From Alphaproteobacteria bacterium (GTDB taxonomy: Bacteria; Pseudomonadota; Alphaproteobacteria; GCA-2731375), in NCBI GenBank assembly GCA_965232515.1, contig CBDDPY010000002.1, forward strand, positions 6,784,001-6,848,000: a DNA stretch of 64,000 bases. The letters are read 5' to 3'. The notes below the pieces were generated by a model that was given only the letters and a program-made list of their open reading frames with translations, had not been told where the DNA came from and searched no databases. Position numbers and translations under genes: made by a program. Shown one piece after another: positions 9,221 to 18,375 of the stretch (the first letter of the stretch is position 1; every line of letters begins with the position of its first letter).

Positions 9221-9814
9221 TCAGTTGTCCCCGGGCTCGGATTTGATCATGCCGTGGGTCTCTTCCTCGACTTCTTCGTCGAGGGTGCGCACGCCGGCAA
9301 TGCGCTGCACGCCGGCAAGATCGCCGCGTATCAGCGCCCAGGCGGTGGCGAGGATGACCAGGAAGAGCGTGACGGAGAACAGGCTGAGGCCGGCGACCCA
9401 GAAGGCCTGCGGATAGACCAGCGGCGTCTGCAGCGGCGTGATCGAGCGCGACCAGTTGTCGATTGTATCGAGCAACAGCAGCCAGGCCCGGTAGGTCAAG
9501 AGGCCGACGAAGCCGGCGAGGAGCGCGGTGCCGAACAGGTCGAGGACCGCGCGCAGCCAGGCCGGGAAGTGCAGGTAGAGCGCGTCAATGCGCACATTCA
9601 CGCGGTGCAGGAGCGCATAGGAAAAGGCCCAGGCGGTGGCGATGGCGAACAGGTAGCCCGAGATCTCGTCGGCGCCGCCGAGAGTGGTGGCGAAGAACTT
9701 TCGCAGGAAGACGTCGACCGTGACCATGCAGGCGGCGAAGATCATCATCGCGCCGCCGGCCCAGACCGCGACGCGGGCGACCTTCTCGGTCGCGTTCAGG
9801 ATCGGAGTGAACAT
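9221..9814 (-). CDS. dctQ: TRAP transporter small permease
   Basis: 4 TM segments, DVFLRK, GADEISGY, NVRID; lies between dctP and dctM. Confidence 0.88.
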   Translation of the reverse strand: MFTPILNATEKVARVAVWAGGAMMIFAACMVTVDVFLRKFFATTLGGADEISGYLFAIATAWAFSYALLHRVNVRIDALYLHFPAWLRAVLDLFGTALLAGFVGLLTYRAWLLLLDTIDNWSRSITPLQTPLVYPQAFWVAGLSLFSVTLFLVILATAWALIRGDLAGVQRIAGVRTLDEEVEEETHGMIKSEPGDN

Positions 9815-9832
9815 GCCGGTCTCCGCGGAAGG

Positions 9833-9866
9833 ACCGGCGGGACGCGGCCTGACGCGTCCCGCCGGT
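9833..9866 (-). terminator. 14-bp perfect hairpin between dctP and dctQ (mRNA stabiliser or partial terminator)
   Basis: ACCGGCGGGACGCG-gcctga-CGCGTCCCGCCGGT. Confidence 0.6.
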
Positions 9867-9874
9867 TTGCGCGC

Positions 9875-10945
9875 TTACTGCGGGATCGGCGCCTCGATGC
9901 CGACGACTTGGCCGACCGTGGCGTTCCACTGCTTGACGCAGTCGGCGCCGCAACGTTCGGCCCATCGTTTCAGCACGAAGTCGTTGAGGATGGTCTCCCG
10001 CGCCTCGAGGTCAGCGGCGCTGGGCACGACCTTCTTCATGGCGCCGGGATCGCCCTCGGTGCAGTTGCCGGTGTTGGTGTTACAGATGATGCCCATCTCG
10101 TCTTCGCGGATGGTCTCGGCCCAGGCCCGGTCTTCGAAAGCCTGGAACTCCTTGGTCAGCAGCGCCTGGGTGTCGGCGTTCAGCCGGTTCCAGGTCTTCA
10201 AGCTGATGGCGCCGAATGTCGCGGTGAAGCCGACGCGCAGCAGATAGGCGTGCGTGACAACCTCGTACCACTTGGCGCGATAGGCCGGCATGGTGCCGGT
10301 GATGCCGCAGTCGGCGACGCCCTTCTGCAGGGCCGGCACGACCTCGGCGAAGGGGATGGTGACGGAAACGCCGCCGGCGCCCTCGACGAAGTCGCCGAGC
10401 GTTGTCGAGTAAACGCGGATCTTCTTCCCGCGCAGGTCCTCGATGCCGTTGATCGGCTTGGCGCACCAGAGCATCTGGCTCGGGAACGGATAGATGGCCA
10501 TCAGCTTGGCGCCGTAGGTCTCCTGGAAGGCCTTGTCGAGCGTCGGCTTATAGGCCTCGGACACCTTGCGCATGGTGTCCCAGTCCTGCACCAGCGTCGA
10601 CAGGTCGACGCCCTCAATGACGGCGCTCTCCTTGGCGACATAGCCGACGACGCCGTGCGCCACGTCGAACACGCCGAGCTTGAGCAGGCGCATGACCTCG
10701 AAGCCTTTCAGGCCGAGCTCGGTGAGCGGCGAGGCCTGGGCCGTCAGCTTGTCGCCCGAGGCCTGCGGTATGGCGTTGTTCCAGAGATTGCTCTCGTGCT
10801 TCTGCCAGTTCGACAGGTTGCCCCAGGTGCCGACGACCTTGAAGTTGTAGGGCTTGAGGTCCTGGGCCGAGGCAAGCGTTGCGCTGAAGGCCAGTGCGAC
10901 CGCGGCAACGCCCCCCAAGGCGGTGCGAATGAAGGTTTTGTGCAT
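9875..10945 (-). CDS. dctP: TRAP substrate-binding protein
   Basis: Signal peptide, DLRGKKIRV, IPFAEVVPALQKGVADCG. Confidence 0.9.
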   Translation of the reverse strand: MHKTFIRTALGGVAAVALAFSATLASAQDLKPYNFKVVGTWGNLSNWQKHESNLWNNAIPQASGDKLTAQASPLTELGLKGFEVMRLLKLGVFDVAHGVVGYVAKESAVIEGVDLSTLVQDWDTMRKVSEAYKPTLDKAFQETYGAKLMAIYPFPSQMLWCAKPINGIEDLRGKKIRVYSTTLGDFVEGAGGVSVTIPFAEVVPALQKGVADCGITGTMPAYRAKWYEVVTHAYLLRVGFTATFGAISLKTWNRLNADTQALLTKEFQAFEDRAWAETIREDEMGIICNTNTGNCTEGDPGAMKKVVPSAADLEARETILNDFVLKRWAERCGADCVKQWNATVGQVVGIEAPIPQ

Positions 10946-11298
10946 GTTTGTTGCGTCTCCCGGTTGGCGTTCGCCCCGCGCATGCCAACAACCGCACGCC
11001 GCAGCGCCGGTCGTCCTCGCCGTTCAGGTGGTGGGTCAGTGTGCCGCCGCCTGACGCCAATGCCTCCCCGCATGCGCGGGCCAAAGATCCGCTAGCTTAG
11101 GTAAATTTCCGGCAATGGCAAATGCCGTCGGAGTCGTGGCCCGGCAACCTTTTCTACAGGCTTCGCCGCTAGCCTGACCGATGCCGTGACAGGCGCCCGG
11201 ATTCGGGCGTCGACATGGTTAACGCGAGATGTCGGATCGCGTGGGGTCAAGGCAAATCCGAGCGCCATGGCGCCGGACCGGGTTGGGTGGGAAATCAG

Positions 11299-13698
11299 AT
11301 GGACCAAGGCATGCCGACGCCGGGCGGTCGGCCCGCCGGGCGGCTGTTCGACGACCGCTGGGTAACGGCTTATGCCGGCTGGGTGCTGCGCTGGCGCTGG
11401 CTGGTGATCGCCGGTCTGGTGATGCTGGCGCTGGCGACGGCCAGCGGTGGCCGCAATCTCACGTTCTCGACCGACTACAAGGTGTTTTTCGGGGCCGAGA
11501 ACCCGCAGCTCCAGGCCTTCCTCGGCCTGCAGAACACATATACGAAAGACGACAATGTGATGTTCGTGCTGCGGCCGTCGGCCGGCACGAGTTTCTCACC
11601 GGAATTCCTGACGGCGATGCGCGGGCTGACCGAAGCGGGCTGGCGCCTGCCGTTCGCGACCCGCGTCGACAGCCTGAACAACTTCCAGCACAGCTATGCT
11701 GACGGCGACGAGCTGACGGTGCGGGACCTGATTCCGGCCGATCAGCCGCTGACCGACGCGGCGGTCGCCGAGATCCGTGACGTGGCGCTGAACGAACCGT
11801 TGCTGGTGAACCGGCTGGTCGCGCCAGACGGGGCCACGGTCGCCGTCAACGTGACGCTGAACCTGCCGCAGGCGGACGAGACCGAGGTGCCGGCGGTAAT
11901 GACGGCGGCGCGCAAGCTGGCGGCCGACTTCCGGGACGCCAATCCCGATGTGCATGTCGCCATCATCGGCAGCGCGGCGCTGGGCTACGCCTTCACCGAG
12001 GCGGCGGAGGCCGACCTGCAGACGCTGGTGCCGCTGATGTATGTGGTGCTGCTGGCGGTGACGGCGGCGCTGCTGCGCTCGATCGCCGGCACTGTCGTCA
12101 CGTTGATGGTGATCGGCCTGTCGACCGTGACGGCCATGGGGCTCGCCGGCTGGGCCGGCATCGCGCTGACGCCGGTCTCGGCAAACGCGCCGACCATCAT
12201 CCTGACCATCGCAATCGCCGATTCGATTCACCTGCTGGTCACCATGTTCCACGAGATGCGGCGCGGGACGAGCCGGCAGGCGGCGATCGTCGAGAGCCTG
12301 AGGATCAACTTCCAGCCGGTGTTCCTGACCAGCCTGACCACGATCATCGGTTTCCTCAGCCTCAATTTCAGCGATTCGCCGCCGTTCCACGACCTGGGCA
12401 ACATCATCGCCGTCGGCGTCGCGGCGGCCTGGCTGTACTCGATCCTGTTCCTGCCGGCGGTGATGGCGGTGATGCCGCTGCGCGTGCGGCCGGCCGCGAT
12501 GGCCCGCGGCACGGCGATGGATCGCCTCGCGGGCTTCGTCATCGATCGGCGCCGGCCGGTGCTGGTCGGCATGATCCTCATCGTCGCCGGACTGACGGCG
12601 CTGATTCCGCGGCTCGAGGTGAACGACCAGTTCCACGCCTACTTCGACGACGACAGCACCTTCCGTCAGGATGTCGATTACGCGGCCGAGCACCTGACCG
12701 GCATGTATCAGCTCGAATGGTCGATCCCGGCTGATGAGGCCGGCGGCGTCAACGAGCCCGCGTTTCTCAGCATGCTGGAACGGTTCAGCGACTGGCTGCG
12801 TGCGGACCCGCACGTGGTGCACGTGCAGACACTGACCGACCTGCAGCGGCGCCTCAACCGCAACATGCACGGCGACGATCCGGCCTACGACCGGCTGCCG
12901 GAAGACCGCGAGCTGGCGGCGCAATACCTGCTGCTGTTCGAGATGTCGCTGCCCTATGGGCTCGACCTCAACAACCAGATCAACGTCGACAAGTCGGCCG
13001 TGCGCGTCGTCGCCACGACCGAGAACGTGACCACATCGGAGCTGCGCGCCATCGACGATGCGGCCAAGGCCTGGCTGGCGGCGAACCATCCGCCCGCGGC
13101 CGAGGTCGGTGCGACCGGGCCGGCGGTGATGTTCGCCTACATCTTCACCCGCAACATCGAGGGCATGCTGACCGGCACGCTGATCGCCTTCCTGCTGATC
13201 TCGGGCGCGCTGATCGTGGCGTTGCGCAATCTGCGTCTCGGGGTCATCAGCCTGGCGCCAAATCTGCTGCCGGCGGCCGTCGCCTTCGGTCTGTGGTCGC
13301 TGTTTGTCGGCGAGGTCGGGCTTGCCGCGTCGGTGATCACGGCGACCAGCCTGGGCCTGATCGTCGACGCCACGGTGCACTTCCTGTCGAAGTATCAGCG
13401 CGCCCGGCGCGCCGACGGCGCCGATGCCGAAGAGGCAGTGCGCTATGCCTTCCGCACGGTCGGCACGGCGCTCTGGGTGACCTCGGCCATTCTGATCGCC
13501 GGCTTCGGCGTGCTGGCGCTCTCCGGCTTCCGGATGAACGAGCATATGGGCCTGCTAACGGCCGCCGCCATCGCCGCGGCCGTGGTGATCGACTTCCTGC
13601 TGCTGCCGGCGCTGCTGCTGGCGCTCGACGGCAAACGCAAAACCCAATCGAAGGAGCTGACGCATGAGCTGGAACCCGCTGCCGAAGCCTCTCATTAG
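11299..13698 (+). CDS. MMPL/RND-family (HAE3-like) exporter
   Basis: Two repeats of TM1, large loop and 5 TMs; IAIADSIH, FLTSLTTIIGFLSL, GLIVDATVHF motifs. Confidence 0.88.
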   Translation: MDQGMPTPGGRPAGRLFDDRWVTAYAGWVLRWRWLVIAGLVMLALATASGGRNLTFSTDYKVFFGAENPQLQAFLGLQNTYTKDDNVMFVLRPSAGTSFSPEFLTAMRGLTEAGWRLPFATRVDSLNNFQHSYADGDELTVRDLIPADQPLTDAAVAEIRDVALNEPLLVNRLVAPDGATVAVNVTLNLPQADETEVPAVMTAARKLAADFRDANPDVHVAIIGSAALGYAFTEAAEADLQTLVPLMYVVLLAVTAALLRSIAGTVVTLMVIGLSTVTAMGLAGWAGIALTPVSANAPTIILTIAIADSIHLLVTMFHEMRRGTSRQAAIVESLRINFQPVFLTSLTTIIGFLSLNFSDSPPFHDLGNIIAVGVAAAWLYSILFLPAVMAVMPLRVRPAAMARGTAMDRLAGFVIDRRRPVLVGMILIVAGLTALIPRLEVNDQFHAYFDDDSTFRQDVDYAAEHLTGMYQLEWSIPADEAGGVNEPAFLSMLERFSDWLRADPHVVHVQTLTDLQRRLNRNMHGDDPAYDRLPEDRELAAQYLLLFEMSLPYGLDLNNQINVDKSAVRVVATTENVTTSELRAIDDAAKAWLAANHPPAAEVGATGPAVMFAYIFTRNIEGMLTGTLIAFLLISGALIVALRNLRLGVISLAPNLLPAAVAFGLWSLFVGEVGLAASVITATSLGLIVDATVHFLSKYQRARRADGADAEEAVRYAFRTVGTALWVTSAILIAGFGVLALSGFRMNEHMGLLTAAAIAAAVVIDFLLLPALLLALDGKRKTQSKELTHELEPAAEASH

Positions 13699-14485
13699 AA
13701 TCGCCGCCGCGCTGGCGGCGCTGACCCTGCCGTTGACGGCCGGCGCCGCGACGCCGGCGCAGAAAGGCCTGGCCATCGCCACCGAGATGGACCGCCGCGA
13801 CGAGGGTTGGGGCGATAGCGAGGTGTCGCTGGAGATGGTGCTGGGCAACCGCCAGGGCGAAACCAGCACCCGCGAACTGCGCATCCGCAGCCTCGAGGTG
13901 TCGGAACCCGAATTGGGCGACCGCAGCCTGACCGTGTTCGACCGGCCGCGCGACATCAAGGGCACGGCGCTGCTGTCGCACACCCGCGTGCTCGAGGCCG
14001 ACGACCAGTGGCTCTACCTGCCGGCGTTGAAGCGGGTGAAGCGGATCTCGTCGTCGAACAAGTCGGGGCCATTTGTCGGCAGCGAGTTCGCCTACGAGGA
14101 TCTGCTGTCGCAGGAGGTGGCGAAGTACACCTACAAATGGCTGCGCGACGAGGCTTGCGCGCCCGGCAACACGCTGACGTGCTTCGTTGTCGAGCGCTAT
14201 CCGCAGTACAAGAATTCCGGCTACACCAAGCAGATCGTCTGGATCGACCAACAGGAATACCGGCCGATGCGGATCGACTATTTCGACCGCAAGGACGCGC
14301 TGTTGAAGACTCTACGCATGACCCAGTACCGGCAGTATCTCGGCCAGTACTGGCGCGCGCATCACTGGCGCATGGAGAACCTGCAGACCGGCAAGACCAC
14401 GGACTTGGTCTTCAGCGACTTCGGCTTCCGCCTCGGCCTCAACGAAAACGCGTTTTCGTCAAGCCGGCTGAAGCGGGTGCGGTGA
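13664..14485 (+). CDS. LolA-like outer-membrane lipoprotein-sorting protein family
   Basis: Signal peptide, FDRPRDIKGTALL, DDQWLYLPALKRVKRISS, FVGSEFAYEDL, IDYFDRK. AAGGAG RBS; overlaps the MMPL gene by 35 nt. Confidence 0.88.
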   Translation: MSWNPLPKPLIRIAAALAALTLPLTAGAATPAQKGLAIATEMDRRDEGWGDSEVSLEMVLGNRQGETSTRELRIRSLEVSEPELGDRSLTVFDRPRDIKGTALLSHTRVLEADDQWLYLPALKRVKRISSSNKSGPFVGSEFAYEDLLSQEVAKYTYKWLRDEACAPGNTLTCFVVERYPQYKNSGYTKQIVWIDQQEYRPMRIDYFDRKDALLKTLRMTQYRQYLGQYWRAHHWRMENLQTGKTTDLVFSDFGFRLGLNENAFSSSRLKRVR

Positions 14486-14530
14486 GGACGTCGGGACGGC
14501 GCCGGGCGTCAAATTCCGCCGTCGAGCGAC

Positions 14531-15826
14531 TCAACGGATGATGGGGCCCGAGCTGGCGTCGGACGCGGTATCGGCAAGCCAGACCTTGGCGTAGGGCAAT
14601 AGGGGGTCCGGCATCTCGTCCGGTGCGTACCAACCCCATTCGGTGCCCTCGTCCGAGCCGTGCAGCGCGCCGCCGGTCACGCGAGACGCGAACAGCGCCG
14701 TGACGAACTGCACGCGCCGACCATCCGGATAATCGACGGTCTGGAACGACGGATCGGAGTTGATCGAGACCAGCCGGTCGATCCTGACTGTCAGCCCGGT
14801 CTCCTCCAAGACTTCGCGGTGGAACGCCTCGCGGAGGGATTCACCCGGCTCGACATGGCCGCTGACCGGCGCCCAGCCGTCGCCGAAACGGCGCCTGTGC
14901 AGAAGAACCTGGCCGGCGTCGTTGTAAATAACGGCGCCGACGCCGACCTTTGGCCGCGCGGCCTCGCGCGTGTCGATGATGGTGTGAAGGTGATTCAACG
15001 GTCCCGCGCCGCCGCCGAAGCCCGGCGCCGTGCGCAGCGCCTCGTGGACATACCGCACTGCGGTGGCGGCGGCGGCGCGCAAATCGTGACCCGACGCCAG
15101 GGCCGTCGCGAGCGCTGCCGACAGCGTGCAGCCGGTGCCGTGCGTGCTGCGGGTCGTCAACCGCGGATGCCGGAACTCGGTCGTCTCATCCCGCGTCATG
15201 AGCAGGTCCAAGACCTCCGGCCCGTCGAGATGGCCGCCCTTCATCAACACGGCGCCGGCGCCGGTTCGCAGGAGCCGGTCTCCGGCGCGTCGCATATCGT
15301 CCTCGTTCTCGATCGCCTGACCGGTGAGCACGGCGGCCTCGGGCGCATTCGGCGTCAGAACGGCGGCGCGGGGCAGCATACGATCCGCGAGCGCCGCTTC
15401 GGCTTCCGGATCGAGGAGCCGATGCCCGCTCTTGGCCACCATCACGGGATCGAGAACGATGGGAACCCCGTCGGGGAGGCCGGACAGCGCCTCCGCCACG
15501 CGCTCGATCACCGCCGCCCGATGCAGCATGCCAATCTTGATCGCATCAACGCCAATGTCATCCAGGCACACGCGGATCTGGTCGGCCACGAACCGCTCGG
15601 AGACCTTGACGACGCTCTGGACGCCAAGCGTGTTTTGCGCGAGCAGGGCGGTGATGGCGCCTTGCGCGTACCCGCCGAGCGCGGTGATCGTCTTGATGTC
15701 GGCCTGCAGCCCGGCGCCGCCGCTGGGGTCCGTGCCGGCTATGGCGAGAACCCTCGGCAACGCTGGTTTCGAGCGCGTGGCGTTCGGTGCCGGACTGAAC
15801 CGGGTCGTGTAATCACAGGATGGCAT
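14531..15826 (-). CDS. thiD: HMP/HMP-P kinase fused to a C-terminal Nudix hydrolase domain
   Basis: ThiD motifs GTDPSGGAGLQADIKT, DPVMVAKSG, TPNAPEA, KGGH, HGTGCTLS, GAGPLNH, followed in frame by the Nudix box GHVEPGESLREAFHREVLEETGL. Confidence 0.9.
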   Translation of the reverse strand: MPSCDYTTRFSPAPNATRSKPALPRVLAIAGTDPSGGAGLQADIKTITALGGYAQGAITALLAQNTLGVQSVVKVSERFVADQIRVCLDDIGVDAIKIGMLHRAAVIERVAEALSGLPDGVPIVLDPVMVAKSGHRLLDPEAEAALADRMLPRAAVLTPNAPEAAVLTGQAIENEDDMRRAGDRLLRTGAGAVLMKGGHLDGPEVLDLLMTRDETTEFRHPRLTTRSTHGTGCTLSAALATALASGHDLRAAAATAVRYVHEALRTAPGFGGGAGPLNHLHTIIDTREAARPKVGVGAVIYNDAGQVLLHRRRFGDGWAPVSGHVEPGESLREAFHREVLEETGLTVRIDRLVSINSDPSFQTVDYPDGRRVQFVTALFASRVTGGALHGSDEGTEWGWYAPDEMPDPLLPYAKVWLADTASDASSGPIIR

Positions 15827-15832
15827 GATCGC

Positions 15833-15935
15833 AGCTCCCTCCGCCGGTCCTAACCGGATCAGGTGATGCGGGTCGCGACGCCGACCGAAACTCGGTCCGT
15901 TCGCCTCTCAGCTGCCTGCCGCAGCTCCCCGGCTC
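15833..15935 (-). ncRNA. TPP (thi-box) riboswitch
   Basis: - strand GGGGAGC...GCUGAGAGG...GACCCGCAUCACCUGAUCCGGUUAGGACCGGCGGAGGGAGC matches the TPP consensus (UGAGA, ACCC, CCUGAU, AGGGA) and lies directly upstream of thiD. Confidence 0.93.
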
Positions 15936-16004
15936 GTTTCAAATCTAGTCAGTCCCGATCAGGACATCAACGGTTGACACGGCGTTCTCCGATGGTGCCG
16001 CGTC

Positions 16005-16625
16005 CTACGTCGTTTCGGGCTCGTCCTTGACGTCGCGCTCCTCGAGGATACGGTCGATCAATCCCCACTCCAGGGCTTCTTCCGCCGACATGAAGCGGTC
16101 GCGGTCGAGCGTACGTTCGACCTCTTCAAAAGTGCGGCCGCAATGCTTGGCATACAGCCCGATGATGCGGCGTTTGGTCTGCTGGATCTCCTCGGCATGG
16201 ATGAGGATGTCCGAGGCCTGTCCCTGGAAGCCCCCCAACGGCTGATGCACATGCAAGCTCGCATTGGGCAGCGCGGCGCGCTGGCCGGGCTCGCCCGCCA
16301 TCAGCAGGAACGACCCCATGGAGCGGGCCGTCCCCATGCACAGCGTATGCACCGGCGCTCCGATAATCCGCATCGTGTCGTACATCGCGAGGCCGCTGGT
16401 GATCACGCCGCCGGGCGAGTTGATGTAGAGGTGGATCGGCTTCTTGGGATTCTCGGATTCCAACAGGAGCAACTGCGCGCAGACAAGCGCGGATACCGAG
16501 TCATTCACCTCGCCGTTGAGGAAGACGATCCGCTCGCGCAGAAGCCGTGAATAGATGTCGAAGGAACGTTCGCCCCTCGCCGATTGCTCGACGACCATGG
16601 GGACGAGTTGCATGGCTTCGCGCAT
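16005..16625 (-). CDS. clpP: ClpP protease proteolytic subunit (accessory paralog)
   Basis: [25 protein letters not shown], catalytic Ser in ARSMG, His in HVHQP, Asp in DRDRF. Confidence 0.92.
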   Translation of the reverse strand: MREAMQLVPMVVEQSARGERSFDIYSRLLRERIVFLNGEVNDSVSALVCAQLLLLESENPKKPIHLYINSPGGVITSGLAMYDTMRIIGAPVHTLCMGTARSMGSFLLMAGEPGQRAALPNASLHVHQPLGGFQGQASDILIHAEEIQQTKRRIIGLYAKHCGRTFEEVERTLDRDRFMSAEEALEWGLIDRILEERDVKDEPETT

Positions 16626-16670
16626 TGGCGAACTCCTGTCTTCCAGCGTTTGTGTTGTCGACCGATGGCG

Positions 16671-17027
16671 TCAGGCCGCGCACATCAGGCAAGGCCGGTT
16701 GTCGTTCATGGCCGTAGGCGGCTGCGCCAGTCGTGCGTCCACCAGCCCATGGACGATTCTCAGTATGGTGCCGCCGTCGGCGTTCGGTTCGATCTGAAAC
16801 GTGACGATACTTTCAAGGAAGGGCGGTTCGCTGTCCCGCATTCTGTAGCCGATTTCCTCGCCCGGCGCCGAAGAGACCGGCGCGGCATCGGCCAAGTCGC
16901 CGTTCGGCAGCCATCTCTCGCGAAACGCTGGCGTGCTGATCGCCCGCCAGACTTTTTCGGGCGGCGCGTCGAGCTCGTATTCGAGCACCAGTTCCTTCGT
17001 CCGTTCCTCGGCCGCCTTGTCGGTCAT
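16671..17027 (-). CDS. SRPBCC/AHSA1 (START-like) domain protein
   Basis: YELDAPPEKVWRAIS, VTFQIEP..GGTILRIVH; ATGA overlap with the ArsR gene. Confidence 0.8.
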   Translation of the reverse strand: MTDKAAEERTKELVLEYELDAPPEKVWRAISTPAFRERWLPNGDLADAAPVSSAPGEEIGYRMRDSEPPFLESIVTFQIEPNADGGTILRIVHGLVDARLAQPPTAMNDNRPCLMCAA

Positions 17028-17338
17028 TGGTCCATGTCCTTAAGCAGAGCTTTCAATGCGTCGACCCGCGCGGGCCAGTAGGCGCGATACTTCGCCAGCC
17101 ATCCGGCGATCAGCGCCAAACCGTCCGGATCGACCTCGTAATTCACGAAACGGCCCTGCCGTTCATGCCGTACCAGTTTTGCGTTGCGCAGCACGGAAAG
17201 GTGCTGGGACATGGCCGGCTGGCTGATCTCCATGCCTTGCCGCAGGGCACTGGCGTTCATGCCGCCCGACGCCAGCTTCTCGAAGATCGCGCGGCGGGTC
17301 GGATCGGCAAGCGCCCTGAAGATGTCGTTCTCGATCAT
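17024..17338 (-). CDS. ArsR/SmtB-family transcriptional regulator
   Basis: IFRALADPTRRAI, ISQPAMSQHLSVLRNAKLV, RQGRFVNY. Confidence 0.9.
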   Translation of the reverse strand: MIENDIFRALADPTRRAIFEKLASGGMNASALRQGMEISQPAMSQHLSVLRNAKLVRHERQGRFVNYEVDPDGLALIAGWLAKYRAYWPARVDALKALLKDMDQ

Positions 17339-17340
17339 GC

Positions 17341-17368
17341 AATCACATAAGTACAGACTTATGTGATT
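17341..17368. promoter_or_regulatory. Perfect 12-4-12 inverted repeat; probable ArsR autoregulatory operator
   Basis: AATCACATAAGT-acag-ACTTATGTGATT, 2 nt upstream of the ArsR ATG. Confidence 0.75.
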
Positions 17369-17512
17369 CGCAAGCATTTTTTGCGCCGGTTGCGGCTGGC
17401 GAGGCGCGGAGGGGGCGGGAACTGACCCGAGGCGGCCGTCCGGCCAGGCGATGTGGACGACGGCCAAGCGGACATTTTCTGACAAATCTGCCGTCGTATG
17501 TTACTTGGCCCC

Positions 17513-18244
17513 ATGCGCGCTTCCTACGATACGATCGGCGTCAATTATTCCGACCTCAGGAAACCCGACTCCCGGATCGAGATGGTGATCGGAAGGGCGC
17601 TGGGGTCCGCAAGAACCGTCCTCAATGTTGGCGCTGGAGCGGGGTCGTACGAGCCGGCCGACAGGCAAGTCACGGCTGTCGAGCCTTCGGCGGAGATGAT
17701 CCGACAGCGCGGCGCCTCGGCGGCTACCGTTATTCAGGGTTATGCGGAAGACCTGCCTTTCGACGACAATTCCTTTGATGCGTCGATGGCGATCCTGACG
17801 GTCCACCATTGGGCCGATAAGGAGAAAGGCCTCAAAGAAATGCGTCGCGTGACGCGGGACCGGGTCGTCGTGCTGACATACGACCCTTCGATTCGTGGCT
17901 TCTGGCTTGCCGACTACATTCCGGAACTCGTGGCGTTGGACGAGGGGCAAATGCCTCGGATGACGGACTACGAGGCCTGGCTTGGTCCGGTAGAGATCAA
18001 GGCGGTTCCCATTCCGCATGACTGTACGGACGGTTTCTTGTGCGCCTATTGGCGGCGGCCGGCGGCCTATCTCGATCCCAGAATTCGGGCCGCCATGTCG
18101 TCCTTCTGGGCGATAGGTGACGTTTCGACGGCGTTGGCAAAGCTCGAGAGCGATCTGCAGTCCGGGGCTTGGGACCAGCGCTATTCGGAACTGCTCAACC
18201 TCGATGCGTGCGACTTTGGCTACCGCCTCGTCACGACGAAATAA
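17513..18244 (+). CDS. Class I SAM-dependent methyltransferase
   Basis: VLNVGAGAGSYE, AVEPSAEM, AEDLPFDDNSFD, TVHHW. Confidence 0.85.
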   Translation: MRASYDTIGVNYSDLRKPDSRIEMVIGRALGSARTVLNVGAGAGSYEPADRQVTAVEPSAEMIRQRGASAATVIQGYAEDLPFDDNSFDASMAILTVHHWADKEKGLKEMRRVTRDRVVVLTYDPSIRGFWLADYIPELVALDEGQMPRMTDYEAWLGPVEIKAVPIPHDCTDGFLCAYWRRPAAYLDPRIRAAMSSFWAIGDVSTALAKLESDLQSGAWDQRYSELLNLDACDFGYRLVTTK

Positions 18245-18375
18245 CACGCGCTGAAGATCGAGAGGCTCGATCCCGGTCAAAGGTCCGTCTCGGCCACAAC
18301 GAATTCGCCGTCTCGACCGGCAGGCTGACGCGCCCGCGGTGAGGAAGGCGGGCTGGGGGGCGGCGCGGCCGACTG

